A DNA stretch of 64,000 bases from a candidate division WOR-3 bacterium (lineage in GTDB: Bacteria > Hydrothermota > Hydrothermia > Hydrothermales > Hydrothermaceae). Below the pieces are notes generated by a model that saw only the letters and a list, made by a program, of their open reading frames with translations, searched no databases and had not been told where the DNA came from. The stretch spans positions 7,356 to 71,355 of the forward strand of contig CBFGJO010000002.1 of assembly GCA_965649125.1 (NCBI GenBank). Direction: 5' to 3'. A program made the translations under genes and the position numbers. This document shows positions 32,569 to 42,556 of this stretch, piece by piece (positions within the stretch are counted from its first letter, which is position 1; each line of letters starts with the position of its first letter).

Positions 32569-33606
32569 ATGCTGGGTGGAAAGAAGGGACTATTAGGAAT
32601 AGATATAGGGACATCAAGTTTAAAGATAGCATTTGTGGAAAGAAAAGGTAAGGCAATAGTTGTGAAAGAACTATGGGAAAAGGAATTCCCTCCTGATACA
32701 ATTGTAGAGGGAGAAATAATGGATAGGGAAACGGTAATTCATTTCCTGCAGGAATTTCTGGAAGAAAAAAAACCTAAAACAAGAGATGTCTCCACATTTT
32801 TACCTGCTAATAAAGGAGTAATATTAAAAAGGATAAAAATTGAAAAGATGCCATTAGAAGAAGCAAAAGAAAGTATAAAATGGAATGCAGATCAATACAT
32901 ACCCTATGACCCTTCTGAAGTCTCTCTTGATGTTGCAATAGTAAATCCTAATGCAGGTGAAAATGAAATGGAGGCTATTTTAATTGCTGCAAGAAGTGAT
33001 GTGCTTACAGATTATATCTCACTTTTAAAAGAAGCAAACTTAAATCCAGTTGTTATTGATATGTCTATTCTTGCTCTTCATAATGTTTACGAAATGAACT
33101 ACATGGAAAAAATGAAAGAAGAAGTTGCAGCTCTTATACATATAGGGAAAAATTTCACCAATATCATCTATACAGATAAAACAGGTCCAATAGTTTATAG
33201 AGATTTATCTCTTGGTACAAAAGACTTGATAAGAATACTTCAGGATAGATATGGAGTCACCTCTTTAGAAGCAGAAAAAATAATAACAGGTAAAGAAGAA
33301 AAAAGTTTAAGCGAATTCAAGGACCCATGTAATTCTTTTTCAGAACTCGTGAGTAGTGAAATAGTGAAAAGTTTTGCATACCTGCCTTTAAAAGAAAAAC
33401 CAGATAGAATCATACTTTCTGGTGGAGGAAGCATTGTTCCTGAAATAGAAAAAATAATTGAAGAAAAAACTGCTGTACCCTCTGAAAAGATAAATATATT
33501 TAATAAAATAGATATTGATGAAAAACTTCTTACTTTTGGAAGCATTGATAAATATAACTCTTTATTTCCACTTGCAATAGGTCTTTCAATGAGGGGTGTA
33601 ATATGA
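32569..33606 (+). CDS. pilM: Type IV pilus assembly ATPase-like protein PilM
   Basis: It has an actin-like fold and an N-terminal LLGIDIGTSSLK. Confidence 0.9.
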   Translation: MLGGKKGLLGIDIGTSSLKIAFVERKGKAIVVKELWEKEFPPDTIVEGEIMDRETVIHFLQEFLEEKKPKTRDVSTFLPANKGVILKRIKIEKMPLEEAKESIKWNADQYIPYDPSEVSLDVAIVNPNAGENEMEAILIAARSDVLTDYISLLKEANLNPVVIDMSILALHNVYEMNYMEKMKEEVAALIHIGKNFTNIIYTDKTGPIVYRDLSLGTKDLIRILQDRYGVTSLEAEKIITGKEEKSLSEFKDPCNSFSELVSSEIVKSFAYLPLKEKPDRIILSGGGSIVPEIEKIIEEKTAVPSEKINIFNKIDIDEKLLTFGSIDKYNSLFPLAIGLSMRGVI

Positions 33607-34196
33607 TTAAAATAAATTTGATGCCATTAGTAAAGGTTCCTAAAAAACCAAAGATTACCTTACCCCCGATTGCGATAGCAGATGTCCTTGGTGCCTTAAT
33701 TTTTATAGCGACTATTCTATGGATATTCTTCAGTTGCACAATTTCAAGAGCAAGAATTGGATTTACAAAATCAAGGATTGAAAAAGTCAAAAGGGAACTT
33801 GCAAGGCTTGAGGAGGCAGTAAAAAGGGTTGAATATCTGAAAAAAAGAGAGGCAGAACTTACAGGACTTGTATCCGAAATTGAAAACTTAAAACCTTTTA
33901 CTGCCTGGGAAGTAATCATTCTTGATGAAATTTCAAGAATATTACCTCCTTATACCTGGATAAATAAATTAGTCCATAATTCTGAAGCAAAAACAATTTC
34001 TCTTGAGGGAACAAGTTTTTCTGCTCTCTCTATTGCCGATTTTATTACAAATATCAAAAAGTCTGAAATATTTTCGGATGTAACTTTCAAATCTTTTTCC
34101 AAAAAAACAGAGGAAAAAGTTGAAGTGATTGTATTTCAATTAGAGATAAAAGTGAATCCCGAGGGAGTACTTAAAGCTTTTAAAAAGGAGGAATAA
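33603..34196 (+). CDS. pilN: Type IV pilus assembly protein PilN
   Basis: It has a single N-terminal TM, a coiled coil, and lies immediately after pilM. Confidence 0.75.
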   Translation: MIKINLMPLVKVPKKPKITLPPIAIADVLGALIFIATILWIFFSCTISRARIGFTKSRIEKVKRELARLEEAVKRVEYLKKREAELTGLVSEIENLKPFTAWEVIILDEISRILPPYTWINKLVHNSEAKTISLEGTSFSALSIADFITNIKKSEIFSDVTFKSFSKKTEEKVEVIVFQLEIKVNPEGVLKAFKKEE

Positions 34197-34799
34197 ATGG
34201 AGATAGGAAAATATCGTTTTATAATATTAAGTGTTCTCTTATCTTTTATAATCTTCCTATTCTATCATTTTTTATTTTATACAAAATGGCAAAAAGAGTT
34301 AAAAAATCTAAGTGATGAACTTAGAAATCTTGAGGCAAAACTCGCTTCAGCAAGACAGGCAGTCCGTGATTTGCCAATGCTTGAAAGAAAAATTAAATCT
34401 TTAGAATATAAATGGGAACTTTCCCAAAGACTTTTACCACCAGAAGAAAAAATAGATGATGTAATAAGACTCATAACACAAAGAGCAATGGAAGCTGGAA
34501 TAAAAATTACTGAACTTAAAAGAGGTGCTCCATCTCAATATATAACTAAAACGATTTCACCTGCAAAACCCACGGAAAAGAAAAAAGAAGGAATAGTACA
34601 AATCTCTATTCAACAAGTTCCATTAGATTTAAAGATAAAATCAAATTTCCATAGTTTATGTGAGTTTCTTTCGGAAATCTCAACACTTCAAAGACTCATA
34701 ACTACCTGGAATACAAATATCAGTTCAAAAACCGAAGAAGAATATACACTTGAAGGTTCTTTGCAGGCAAAGATTTATATTTTTGGAGGGGCAAGATGA
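34197..34799 (+). CDS. pilO: Type IV pilus assembly protein PilO
   Basis: It has an N-terminal TM, a coiled coil and a periplasmic domain, in the position expected after pilN. Confidence 0.7.
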   Translation: MEIGKYRFIILSVLLSFIIFLFYHFLFYTKWQKELKNLSDELRNLEAKLASARQAVRDLPMLERKIKSLEYKWELSQRLLPPEEKIDDVIRLITQRAMEAGIKITELKRGAPSQYITKTISPAKPTEKKKEGIVQISIQQVPLDLKIKSNFHSLCEFLSEISTLQRLITTWNTNISSKTEEEYTLEGSLQAKIYIFGGAR

Positions 34800-35257
34800 A
34801 AAAAGTTTTTATAATGCTAATTATTTTTGGAATAATTTTAAATTGCGGAAAAAGGGAGAAAAAATTGGAAGAAATAGAAAAAACTCCTCTCCCAAAAATA
34901 AGTCCTGAAGAAATAAAGATAGATACAACTGCGATAAGAGATACATTTATGCCTAAAGGATATCCTTACCAGGCATTAGAAAGACCTGACCCATTAAAAC
35001 CTCTTGTTGGAACTGCTTTTAAAGGGGAAGCAAAAGAAATAGACCTTTCAACACTTAAACTGGTTGGAATTTTAAAGGGAAACAAAGGTAACGCTGCTTT
35101 ATTTGAAGGAAGTGATGGAAGAGCTTATTTTATAAGAGAAAAAGATAAAGTAAGGGGAGGTTATGTAAAGGTTATAACTTCAAATGAAGTGATAGTTGAA
35201 ATTACGGCTTATGGGACACCAATAGAAGTGAAATATTCTCTAAGACAAGAAGAGTAA
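34796..35257 (+). CDS. PilP-like lipoprotein
   Basis: It has a signal peptide with a lipobox (ILNCG) and occupies the position of pilP. Confidence 0.5.
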   Translation: MKKVFIMLIIFGIILNCGKREKKLEEIEKTPLPKISPEEIKIDTTAIRDTFMPKGYPYQALERPDPLKPLVGTAFKGEAKEIDLSTLKLVGILKGNKGNAALFEGSDGRAYFIREKDKVRGGYVKVITSNEVIVEITAYGTPIEVKYSLRQEE

Positions 35258-37078
35258 ATGTGTGGAATAATAGGTTATATTGGAAATAAAAATGTGGATA
35301 GTGTTTTGCTTGTTGGACTTGAAAAATTAGAATATAGGGGTTATGACTCTGTTGGAATTGCACTTTTAAGCAATAATAAAATATTTGTTAAGAAGCAAAA
35401 AGGGAGGATATGGGAACTTGCAAGGTCCTTAGATGGAACACCCCTTAAAGCAAAAGTGGGTATAGGACATACGAGATGGGCAACCCATGGAAAACCTAAT
35501 GATATAAATGCGCATCCTCATCTTGACTGTAAGAAAAACTTCGCAGTAGTTCATAATGGGGTTATTGAAAACTTTGAAAGGATAAAAAAGGAATTAATCA
35601 AAAAGGGACATAAATTCATATCAGAAACAGATACTGAGGTGATTCCCCATTTATTAGAAGAAAATTATGATGGCAATATTTTAAAAACAATTTTAAGGAC
35701 TGTAAAAAAATTGAGAGGTTCATTGGCTATTGCGATTATCTCAACATTTGAGCCGGATAAAATAATAGGAGTAAGAAAGGGCTCGCCTCTTATAGTTGGA
35801 TTAGGAGAAGGAGAAAATATACTTGCTTCTGATATTCCGGCAATTTTATCTCATACAAGAAAAGTGATTACCTTAGATGAAGAAGAAATAGTAATAATGG
35901 AAAAGGATGGTGTAAGAATATACAGTTTTTCGGGGAAGGAAAAGAAAAAAAGGATAAAGTATATAGAATGGGAAGAGGATATGATAGAAAAAGGTGGATA
36001 TGCCCATTTTATGCTTAAAGAGATTCATGAACAGCCAAAGGTAATTGAGGAAAATTTTAAGAGAGTTATAAAAAATGGAGAAATAGAGATTCAGGGGAAT
36101 GAGTTCCTGAAATTTTTTGAAAATAAAAAACATATAATTTTTCAAGCAGCAGGAACAAGTTATCATGCAACCCTCTATGCAAAATACATCTTTGAAAAAT
36201 ACTTGAAGATTTTCACAGAAAGCGAACTATCTTCTGAATTTAGATATAGAGAACCTCTTTTTTTAAAAAATTCTTTGATGATTGGAGTTTCTCAATCTGG
36301 TGAGACTGCGGATACACTTGAAGGAATAAAACTTGCAAAAAGTAAAAAGATCCCAATAATATCATTTGTAAATGTTAAAGGAAGCACAATAGATAGAGAA
36401 TCAAATTACACCATTTATATAAATGCTGGACCTGAAATAGGGGTTGCATCAACAAAAGCGTATATTGCTGAACTTTTTTATTTACTCCTTGTGTGTCTTC
36501 TTGTCTCTTATAAAAGGGGTATGATTAAAAAGAAGATGGTAAAGGATATCTTAAAGGAAATTGAAAAATTGCCGGATAAAATTCGTTACATACTTGGTAA
36601 AGAAGAAGAAATTGCTGAAATTGCAAAGAAATATTATGTATATAATAACTCAATATTCTTAGGAAGAGGGTTAAATTATATAACCGCTCTTGAAGGTGCT
36701 CTAAAACTAAAGGAAATTTCCTATATCCATGCTACTGGTTATGCAGCAGGTGAGATGAAGCATGGACCTATTGCCTTGATAGACTCAAACTGGCCAGTAA
36801 TCGCAATTATTCCAAGAAATTATCTCTATCATAAAATGCTTTCCAATATTATGGAAGTGAAAGCAAGAGATGCTAAAATAATTGCGATAACAAATAACCC
36901 CGCAGATGAAATAAAAAAAATTGCTGATTCTTTCATAATTATTCCAAAAACAATCCTCATTCTTGAACCAATTTTAAACATAATTCCACTCCAATTACTT
37001 GCCTACCACATTGCCCTTTTAAGGGGATGTGATGTTGATAAACCCCGAAACTTAGCAAAAAGTGTAACAGTGGAATGA
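35258..37078 (+). CDS. glmS: Glutamine--fructose-6-phosphate aminotransferase
   Basis: It has the MCGIIGYIG Ntn-glutaminase start, two SIS domains and a C-terminal ..KSVTVE. Confidence 0.95.
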   Translation: MCGIIGYIGNKNVDSVLLVGLEKLEYRGYDSVGIALLSNNKIFVKKQKGRIWELARSLDGTPLKAKVGIGHTRWATHGKPNDINAHPHLDCKKNFAVVHNGVIENFERIKKELIKKGHKFISETDTEVIPHLLEENYDGNILKTILRTVKKLRGSLAIAIISTFEPDKIIGVRKGSPLIVGLGEGENILASDIPAILSHTRKVITLDEEEIVIMEKDGVRIYSFSGKEKKKRIKYIEWEEDMIEKGGYAHFMLKEIHEQPKVIEENFKRVIKNGEIEIQGNEFLKFFENKKHIIFQAAGTSYHATLYAKYIFEKYLKIFTESELSSEFRYREPLFLKNSLMIGVSQSGETADTLEGIKLAKSKKIPIISFVNVKGSTIDRESNYTIYINAGPEIGVASTKAYIAELFYLLLVCLLVSYKRGMIKKKMVKDILKEIEKLPDKIRYILGKEEEIAEIAKKYYVYNNSIFLGRGLNYITALEGALKLKEISYIHATGYAAGEMKHGPIALIDSNWPVIAIIPRNYLYHKMLSNIMEVKARDAKIIAITNNPADEIKKIADSFIIIPKTILILEPILNIIPLQLLAYHIALLRGCDVDKPRNLAKSVTVE

Positions 37079-38688
37079 AAAGCAAACTGGATATAAAACT
37101 CACAGAAAAAGAATGTGAAATAGATATTGTTACAAAAGATTGGGCTGGACTTGTAGATGTAGTTGCAGGGATAATCCATAGAAGGGGGTTTAATATAAAA
37201 TTTTTAAGGGGAGAAATAATAGATAAAGATGTTGCAAGTTTATTGATAAAGATAGAATTTGGAAACGAAGAGGAAAAAATGAGATTTTTAAATCAAATGG
37301 AGGAGATAAAAAGGAAAATAGAAATGATACTTGAGTATGATCCTGGAATGATACATATTTTAAGAAGCGGGATTGTTAAAATTGAAAAATTCAAGGAAAC
37401 ATTAAATATTATTTTTGAACAAATAAAAAATAAAAGTAGCGAAGAGAAAGAAAGAATTTTAAAAGAAGCTGAATATTTCTTTTCGTCTCGTTCCTGGTCT
37501 TATATTGACGAAAGGAGTTCAGAGGACTTAGCGAAACAAGTATTAATGAATTATGAACTTCAAAAAGAGGTTAGGGAAAAAAATGAATTAGTGATAAAAA
37601 TAGAAAATTTAAAAACAATAAGAGAAGAATTAACATGCATCACAGTGGCATGGTGGGACAGGTTCCTTTATCTTGATTTTCTCCTTGATATTTTAAGAGA
37701 AATACTACCTAATTTTAAAAGAAAATTTGATAAACAATTCACAACCCCTGATGGGGTCACAGTTATAAGACTTGAAATCACTGATGAGAATGAAAAGTTC
37801 ATTTCTCCTGATAAACATATGTTTATAGAAAGTTATATAAAAACAAATCTTAAAAAATTTGGAGCACCTGCCCTTGAAAAGGTTAGAATCAGTCCTGAAA
37901 TGATAGGAAGGGCTATTTTACCTCGTCTTTTTGAAGAAACAAAAAAGACTTCTTTACCCCATGTATATTTTTTATTATCAGGAACAACAAGGGAATATTT
38001 TTATGTAAAGGTTATTTTTGTAGTAAGGGAAGCAAAAGAACATTATATTAAAAAACTTTTATATTTTATTGAAAAAAGCGAAAATATTTCAGTACTTTCA
38101 ATAAAACCCCCGACAAAGAGTAACGGTTTTGAAGCAAACATAGTTGATTTAAGAATTTCAAGAAAAAATATCCCCTTTTATGAGGAAATATATAAAGAAA
38201 TAAAGGAAATTTTCAAAAATGTTTTGGGTAAATACAGAGATTTTGACGAGGGCATGAGAGAGATAGAGATTAAAAATTTAAATGAAATTATGAAAATATT
38301 ATCTTCAACTGACATAGGGATTAACAATATTAAAAGATTTTTTTATAATCTTGATGAATTTTATAGAACTTCTGTTCCTCCACAAGAAGTAGCAAATTCT
38401 TTAAAATTTTTGTGGGACACATTAAAAATTTCAATCTCAGAGGGTGGCAATTTTATAGTTAACAAAAAACATTTAGAAAAATCTACCCTTGTTTCCATTA
38501 CGGGGAAAGGGGCAGATAAATTTTTTGAAATCTTTATTGAACATGTTTCAGAAGAGGGAAATTATATACATAAATTTGAGGAATTCGGGATACCTTTATA
38601 TTTAATAATATTTTCAGAAAAGAATGAAGAAATTGAAAAAATTTTACAAAAAGTTAAATTTGAATTTGAAAAGGAGGGTATAAAATGA
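37075..38688 (+). CDS. Hypothetical 537-aa protein with an N-terminal ACT-like domain
   Basis: DWAGLVDVVAGIIHRRGFNIKFLRGEII is ACT-like. The remainder is unassigned. The gene is translationally coupled on both sides. Confidence 0.4.
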   Translation: MKSKLDIKLTEKECEIDIVTKDWAGLVDVVAGIIHRRGFNIKFLRGEIIDKDVASLLIKIEFGNEEEKMRFLNQMEEIKRKIEMILEYDPGMIHILRSGIVKIEKFKETLNIIFEQIKNKSSEEKERILKEAEYFFSSRSWSYIDERSSEDLAKQVLMNYELQKEVREKNELVIKIENLKTIREELTCITVAWWDRFLYLDFLLDILREILPNFKRKFDKQFTTPDGVTVIRLEITDENEKFISPDKHMFIESYIKTNLKKFGAPALEKVRISPEMIGRAILPRLFEETKKTSLPHVYFLLSGTTREYFYVKVIFVVREAKEHYIKKLLYFIEKSENISVLSIKPPTKSNGFEANIVDLRISRKNIPFYEEIYKEIKEIFKNVLGKYRDFDEGMREIEIKNLNEIMKILSSTDIGINNIKRFFYNLDEFYRTSVPPQEVANSLKFLWDTLKISISEGGNFIVNKKHLEKSTLVSITGKGADKFFEIFIEHVSEEGNYIHKFEEFGIPLYLIIFSEKNEEIEKILQKVKFEFEKEGIK

Positions 38689-39815
38689 AACTTTTAGAAT
38701 ACGAAGGAAGAAAACTATTTGAAAAGTATGGTATTCCTCTGAAAAAAGGAGAGGTTGCAGAAAATCCTTTTGATGCTGGAAAAATTTTTGAAAAAATAGG
38801 TAAAGAAGTGGTTATAAAGGCACAGGTTCCAGTAGGTGGGAGAGGAAAAGCAGGTGGAATTAAACTTGCAAAGACAAAGGAAGAGGCGGTAGAAAAAGCA
38901 AGAGAAATTTTAAATTTAAAGATAAAGGGTTTGCCGGTTAAAAAAGTGCTTGTTGCAGAATCTGCCCATATAGAAAAAGAACTTTATATAAGTTTAACAC
39001 TTGATAGAGAAAGCGGGAAAATTCTTATAATGGCAATTAAAGAAGGAGGTGTTGAGGTTGAAGAGATAGCAAAGGAAAGACCTGAAAGTATTTATAAAGA
39101 CTATTATGACCCGTTAAGGGGAATAGCACCATATCAGGCGAGGAATCTTGCAATGTGGCTTTTCTCTGAAAAAGATTTCCAAAGACAAATAATTGATATA
39201 TTGTATAAGATGGCAAAACTTTTTAAAGAAGTGAGTGCTTCACTTGTTGAGATAAATCCACTTGCAGTTTCAGGGAATGAACTTATTGCTATTGATTCAA
39301 AAATAATTATTGATGATAATGCTTATGAAGAATATATAAAGAAAATGGGGGAAAAGGATCTTACTTATGAAAATGAAAAGGAACTTGAAGCAAAGAGTGC
39401 AGGACTTTCTTATGTAAAGCTTGATGGGAATATAGGCTGTTGTGTAAATGGTGCAGGACTTGCAATGGCAACAATGGATTTAATCAAAAAATATGGGGGA
39501 GAACCTGCGAATTTTCTTGATATAGGAGGAAGTTCTTCACCTGAAAAGGTAAAAAAAGCAATGGAAATTATCCTTTCCGATAAAAATGTTAAAGTCATCT
39601 TTTTCAACATTTTTGGAGGGATAACAAGATGTGATGATGTGGCAAAAGGCTTAGTAGAGGCATTAAAAGAAATCAAATGTGAATTACCAATCGTTGTAAG
39701 ACTCACAGGAACGAATGAAGAAGAAGGTAAGAAAATTTTAAAACAGATTCCTAATCTCATAAGTGTATCAAGTATGACAGAAGGTGCAAGAAAGGCGGTT
39801 GAGCTTGCGAAATGA
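38685..39815 (+). CDS. sucC: Succinyl-CoA synthetase beta subunit (ATP-grasp), no adjacent alpha subunit
   Basis: It shows full-length SucC similarity (MKLLEYEGRKLFEKYGIP..VIKAQVPVGGRGKAGGIKLA). Confidence 0.8.
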   Translation: MKLLEYEGRKLFEKYGIPLKKGEVAENPFDAGKIFEKIGKEVVIKAQVPVGGRGKAGGIKLAKTKEEAVEKAREILNLKIKGLPVKKVLVAESAHIEKELYISLTLDRESGKILIMAIKEGGVEVEEIAKERPESIYKDYYDPLRGIAPYQARNLAMWLFSEKDFQRQIIDILYKMAKLFKEVSASLVEINPLAVSGNELIAIDSKIIIDDNAYEEYIKKMGEKDLTYENEKELEAKSAGLSYVKLDGNIGCCVNGAGLAMATMDLIKKYGGEPANFLDIGGSSSPEKVKKAMEIILSDKNVKVIFFNIFGGITRCDDVAKGLVEALKEIKCELPIVVRLTGTNEEEGKKILKQIPNLISVSSMTEGARKAVELAK

Positions 39816-40759
39816 AAATAGGGGTTGTCGGAGCAACAGGGCTCGTTGGAAGTATTTTGATAAAAATTTTAGAAGAGGATAAAAGGGTTTCTGAAATTGT
39901 GCCCTTTTCAAGTGGAAGAAAAGAGGAATTTATAAAATTTAGAAATAAAAAAGTAAAGGTAAAAAAAATTGAAAGTATAGAAGAAACGGATTATACTTTT
40001 TTCTGTGTAGAAAGTGATGTTGCAGAAAAAATATACCCTTTATTTTCAAAAAAAACAAAAGTAATTATAGACAACTCAAGTGCCTTTAGATTGAAAGAAG
40101 ATGTTCCACTTGTTGTCCCTGAAGTAAACCCTGAAGAGATAAAAAGAAATAAAGGATTGATTGCGAATCCTAATTGTTCAACAATCCAGCTTGTAATACC
40201 TCTTAAAGCACTTGAAAAATTCAATCCCTTATATGTGATGGTGGCAACCTATCAATCAGTTTCAGGGGCAGGAAGAGATGGGCTCCTTGCTTTAAGTTAT
40301 GAAAAAAATGGAAAAAGATATAAAAAAACGCCTTTTGATAAAAAAATATTTAATAATCTTATACCAAAAATAGGGGAAATAAAAGAAAAGCATAGTGTTG
40401 AAGAATGGAAAATAATCTTAGAGAGCAAAAAAATACTCAAAAAGGATATAAAAGTATATCCTACATGTGTAAGAGTGCCAATAGAGAATTGTCATTCACA
40501 ATCTGTTTTTATAAAATTTGAGAAAAGTATAAACGAAAAGGAAATCATAGAAAGTCTTTCTTCTTTTTCAGGAATAATAGTTTCAGAAAAAATAATTTCT
40601 CCTCTTGATGTGAAAGGTAAAAATGAAATTTATATATCAAGGATAAGAGTTTATGAGGAAGAAAAGATATTGAGTTTTTTCTCCGTGTTTGATAATTTAA
40701 GAAAAGGAGCAGCAACAAATGCCTATCAAATAGGCAAAAAAATATGGGAAGAAAATTAG
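39812..40759 (+). CDS. asd: Aspartate-semialdehyde dehydrogenase
   Basis: It has MKIGVVGATGLVGS and the active-site region IANPNCSTIQ. Confidence 0.9.
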   Translation: MKIGVVGATGLVGSILIKILEEDKRVSEIVPFSSGRKEEFIKFRNKKVKVKKIESIEETDYTFFCVESDVAEKIYPLFSKKTKVIIDNSSAFRLKEDVPLVVPEVNPEEIKRNKGLIANPNCSTIQLVIPLKALEKFNPLYVMVATYQSVSGAGRDGLLALSYEKNGKRYKKTPFDKKIFNNLIPKIGEIKEKHSVEEWKIILESKKILKKDIKVYPTCVRVPIENCHSQSVFIKFEKSINEKEIIESLSSFSGIIVSEKIISPLDVKGKNEIYISRIRVYEEEKILSFFSVFDNLRKGAATNAYQIGKKIWEEN

Positions 40760-41589
40760 AACCCACTGATATTTCAATAGAAATATATTTTAGAGAAATT
40801 TCTAAGTATCCGCCTATAAGTCCTGAAGAAGAAAAAGAGTGCATAAAAAGAGCAAAAGAAGGAGATAAAACTGCAATAGAAAAAATTATTCTTTCAAATC
40901 TCCGTTTTGTAGTTGAAATTGCATCAAAGTATAGAGGGATGGGTGTGCCCCTTGAGGACCTTATAAATGAAGGGAATATAGGTTTAATTAAGGCAGTTAA
41001 ACATTTCAAACCTGAAAAAGGGGTAAAATTTCTTTCTTATGCAATATGGTGGATAAGGCAATCAATTATGAAGGCTCTTGATGAACACAGTCAACTTATA
41101 AGAATACCCTCTGATCAGAAAACAAAGATAAGAAAAATAAAAAAGGCAGAAAAAGAATATTTACAGAAGTATGGAGAAATTCCACCTATAAAGGTTCTTT
41201 CTAAAATGAGCGGAATCCCTGAAAAAGAAATAGAGGCAGCCTATGAAATATTTCAAAAGGAGTTCTCCCTTGATAGACCCTTCACAGAATCAGAAAAGAG
41301 AACATGGGAAGAAATTATAGAACAAAAAGCACTCCCTTCTCCTGAGGAATATTATAAAAAAGAGTATATTAAAGAAAAAATTAAGAAAGCGATAGACCAG
41401 CTCAGCGAAAAAGAGAAGCAAATAATACTCTTATATTTTGGAATTGAAGATGATAATCCAAGGTCATTAGAAGAGATTGGCGAAATAATAGGAATAAGTA
41501 GAGAAAGGGTAAGACAATTAAAAGAAAGGGCTCTTTTAAAACTTAAAGAAAAACTTTCAAAACATGAAGTAGGAAGATACTTTGAATAA
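40744..41589 (+). CDS. Compact primary-like RNA polymerase sigma-70 factor (no region 1.1)
   Basis: It has region 2 (DLINEGNIGLIKAVKHFKPEKGVKFLSYAIWWIRQSI), IRIPSDQ, and region 4.2 (ISRERVRQLKERALLKLK). Confidence 0.85.
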   Translation: MGRKLEPTDISIEIYFREISKYPPISPEEEKECIKRAKEGDKTAIEKIILSNLRFVVEIASKYRGMGVPLEDLINEGNIGLIKAVKHFKPEKGVKFLSYAIWWIRQSIMKALDEHSQLIRIPSDQKTKIRKIKKAEKEYLQKYGEIPPIKVLSKMSGIPEKEIEAAYEIFQKEFSLDRPFTESEKRTWEEIIEQKALPSPEEYYKKEYIKEKIKKAIDQLSEKEKQIILLYFGIEDDNPRSLEEIGEIIGISRERVRQLKERALLKLKEKLSKHEVGRYFE

Positions 41590-41590
41590 T

Positions 41591-42556
41591 TCACTCAATC
41601 TCTTTTAACTTCTTCAATTTCTCCTTTGTTTCTTCAAGATACTTTCTAACATCTTTATAATCAGGATCAATTTCAAAAACTTTTTCCCACTCTTTTATTG
41701 CCTCTTCAAGCATATCTTTTTTATAATACTCAATACCCTTTTTATAATGGAATTCAAGCATTTTAAGTTCCTCCTCAGTCAATTCTTTTTCATACTTTTC
41801 TTCTTTTGGTTTTTCTTTTTTTGGCTTCTCTTTTATATAAACAGGAACTTCTTTCACAACTTCAACTTTCTCTGTTACTTTTTTTATCCTTATCTTCTCT
41901 CTATAATCAACACTTACCCCTAAAAATAGTCTATTTTTAGAATAAGAAAAGTAAAGATCAAAAGGCATAATAGAATACTTAATACCAGAAGATAAATAAA
42001 ATTTTTCTTTTATTGAAATACCACAAAAAATTTTCAAACTGTCAATATAAGGTAAAAAAATTTCTGCTCCTGAATGAAAATTAAAATTCTGGAGCATTTC
42101 ATTACCCGAAGTTTCAAGATAAATTCTTAAAAAATTTATTTTAGCCTGAAGACCACATTGAAAATCAAAAGAAAAGTATCTTTCCTTTGAAAGATAGGAA
42201 AAAATATAGTTAATGCCAAAGGAAAAACCAGAAATTGGAGAAAAAACTGCTCCATTTGCAAATCTAAAAATTCCTCCTTTCCCCCATCCTAATTTTGCAC
42301 CTATAAAAATTGGTAAAATTTTTTTATCAATTTGAAAATCTATAAAATTTCTACCATCAAAAATAATTCCAAAATTTTTATACCTTAAAATACCTGTTGA
42401 TAAACTACAGGGAGGGCTTAAAAGAAAAGCAACCTTTTTACCTTCTTTTATAACCAAAGAAGAATATTCTAAATCAAGGACATCACAGGGATAAGAAGCA
42501 AAAGAGTACCCCCTTGCCTTTGTAAAAAAAATAAAAAAAATTATAATAGATTTCAT
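41591..42556 (-). CDS. Hypothetical secreted protein: N-terminal beta-strand-rich (outer-membrane-like) region, a Lys/Glu/Pro linker and a C-terminal TPR-like helix pair
   Basis: It has a signal peptide and alternating aromatic/hydrophobic strands (FGINYIFSYL, LYFSYSKNRLFLGVSVDY). The linker reads KEKPKKEKPKEEK. It is last in the STAS/PP2C operon. Confidence 0.35.
   Translation of the reverse strand: MKSIIIFFIFFTKARGYSFASYPCDVLDLEYSSLVIKEGKKVAFLLSPPCSLSTGILRYKNFGIIFDGRNFIDFQIDKKILPIFIGAKLGWGKGGIFRFANGAVFSPISGFSFGINYIFSYLSKERYFSFDFQCGLQAKINFLRIYLETSGNEMLQNFNFHSGAEIFLPYIDSLKIFCGISIKEKFYLSSGIKYSIMPFDLYFSYSKNRLFLGVSVDYREKIRIKKVTEKVEVVKEVPVYIKEKPKKEKPKEEKYEKELTEEELKMLEFHYKKGIEYYKKDMLEEAIKEWEKVFEIDPDYKDVRKYLEETKEKLKKLKEIE

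Noticed and set aside
35200-35260. glmS ribozyme or other 5' leader element upstream of glmS
   Set aside because: glmS starts at a TAAATG junction with pilP. There is no leader in which a ribozyme could reside.
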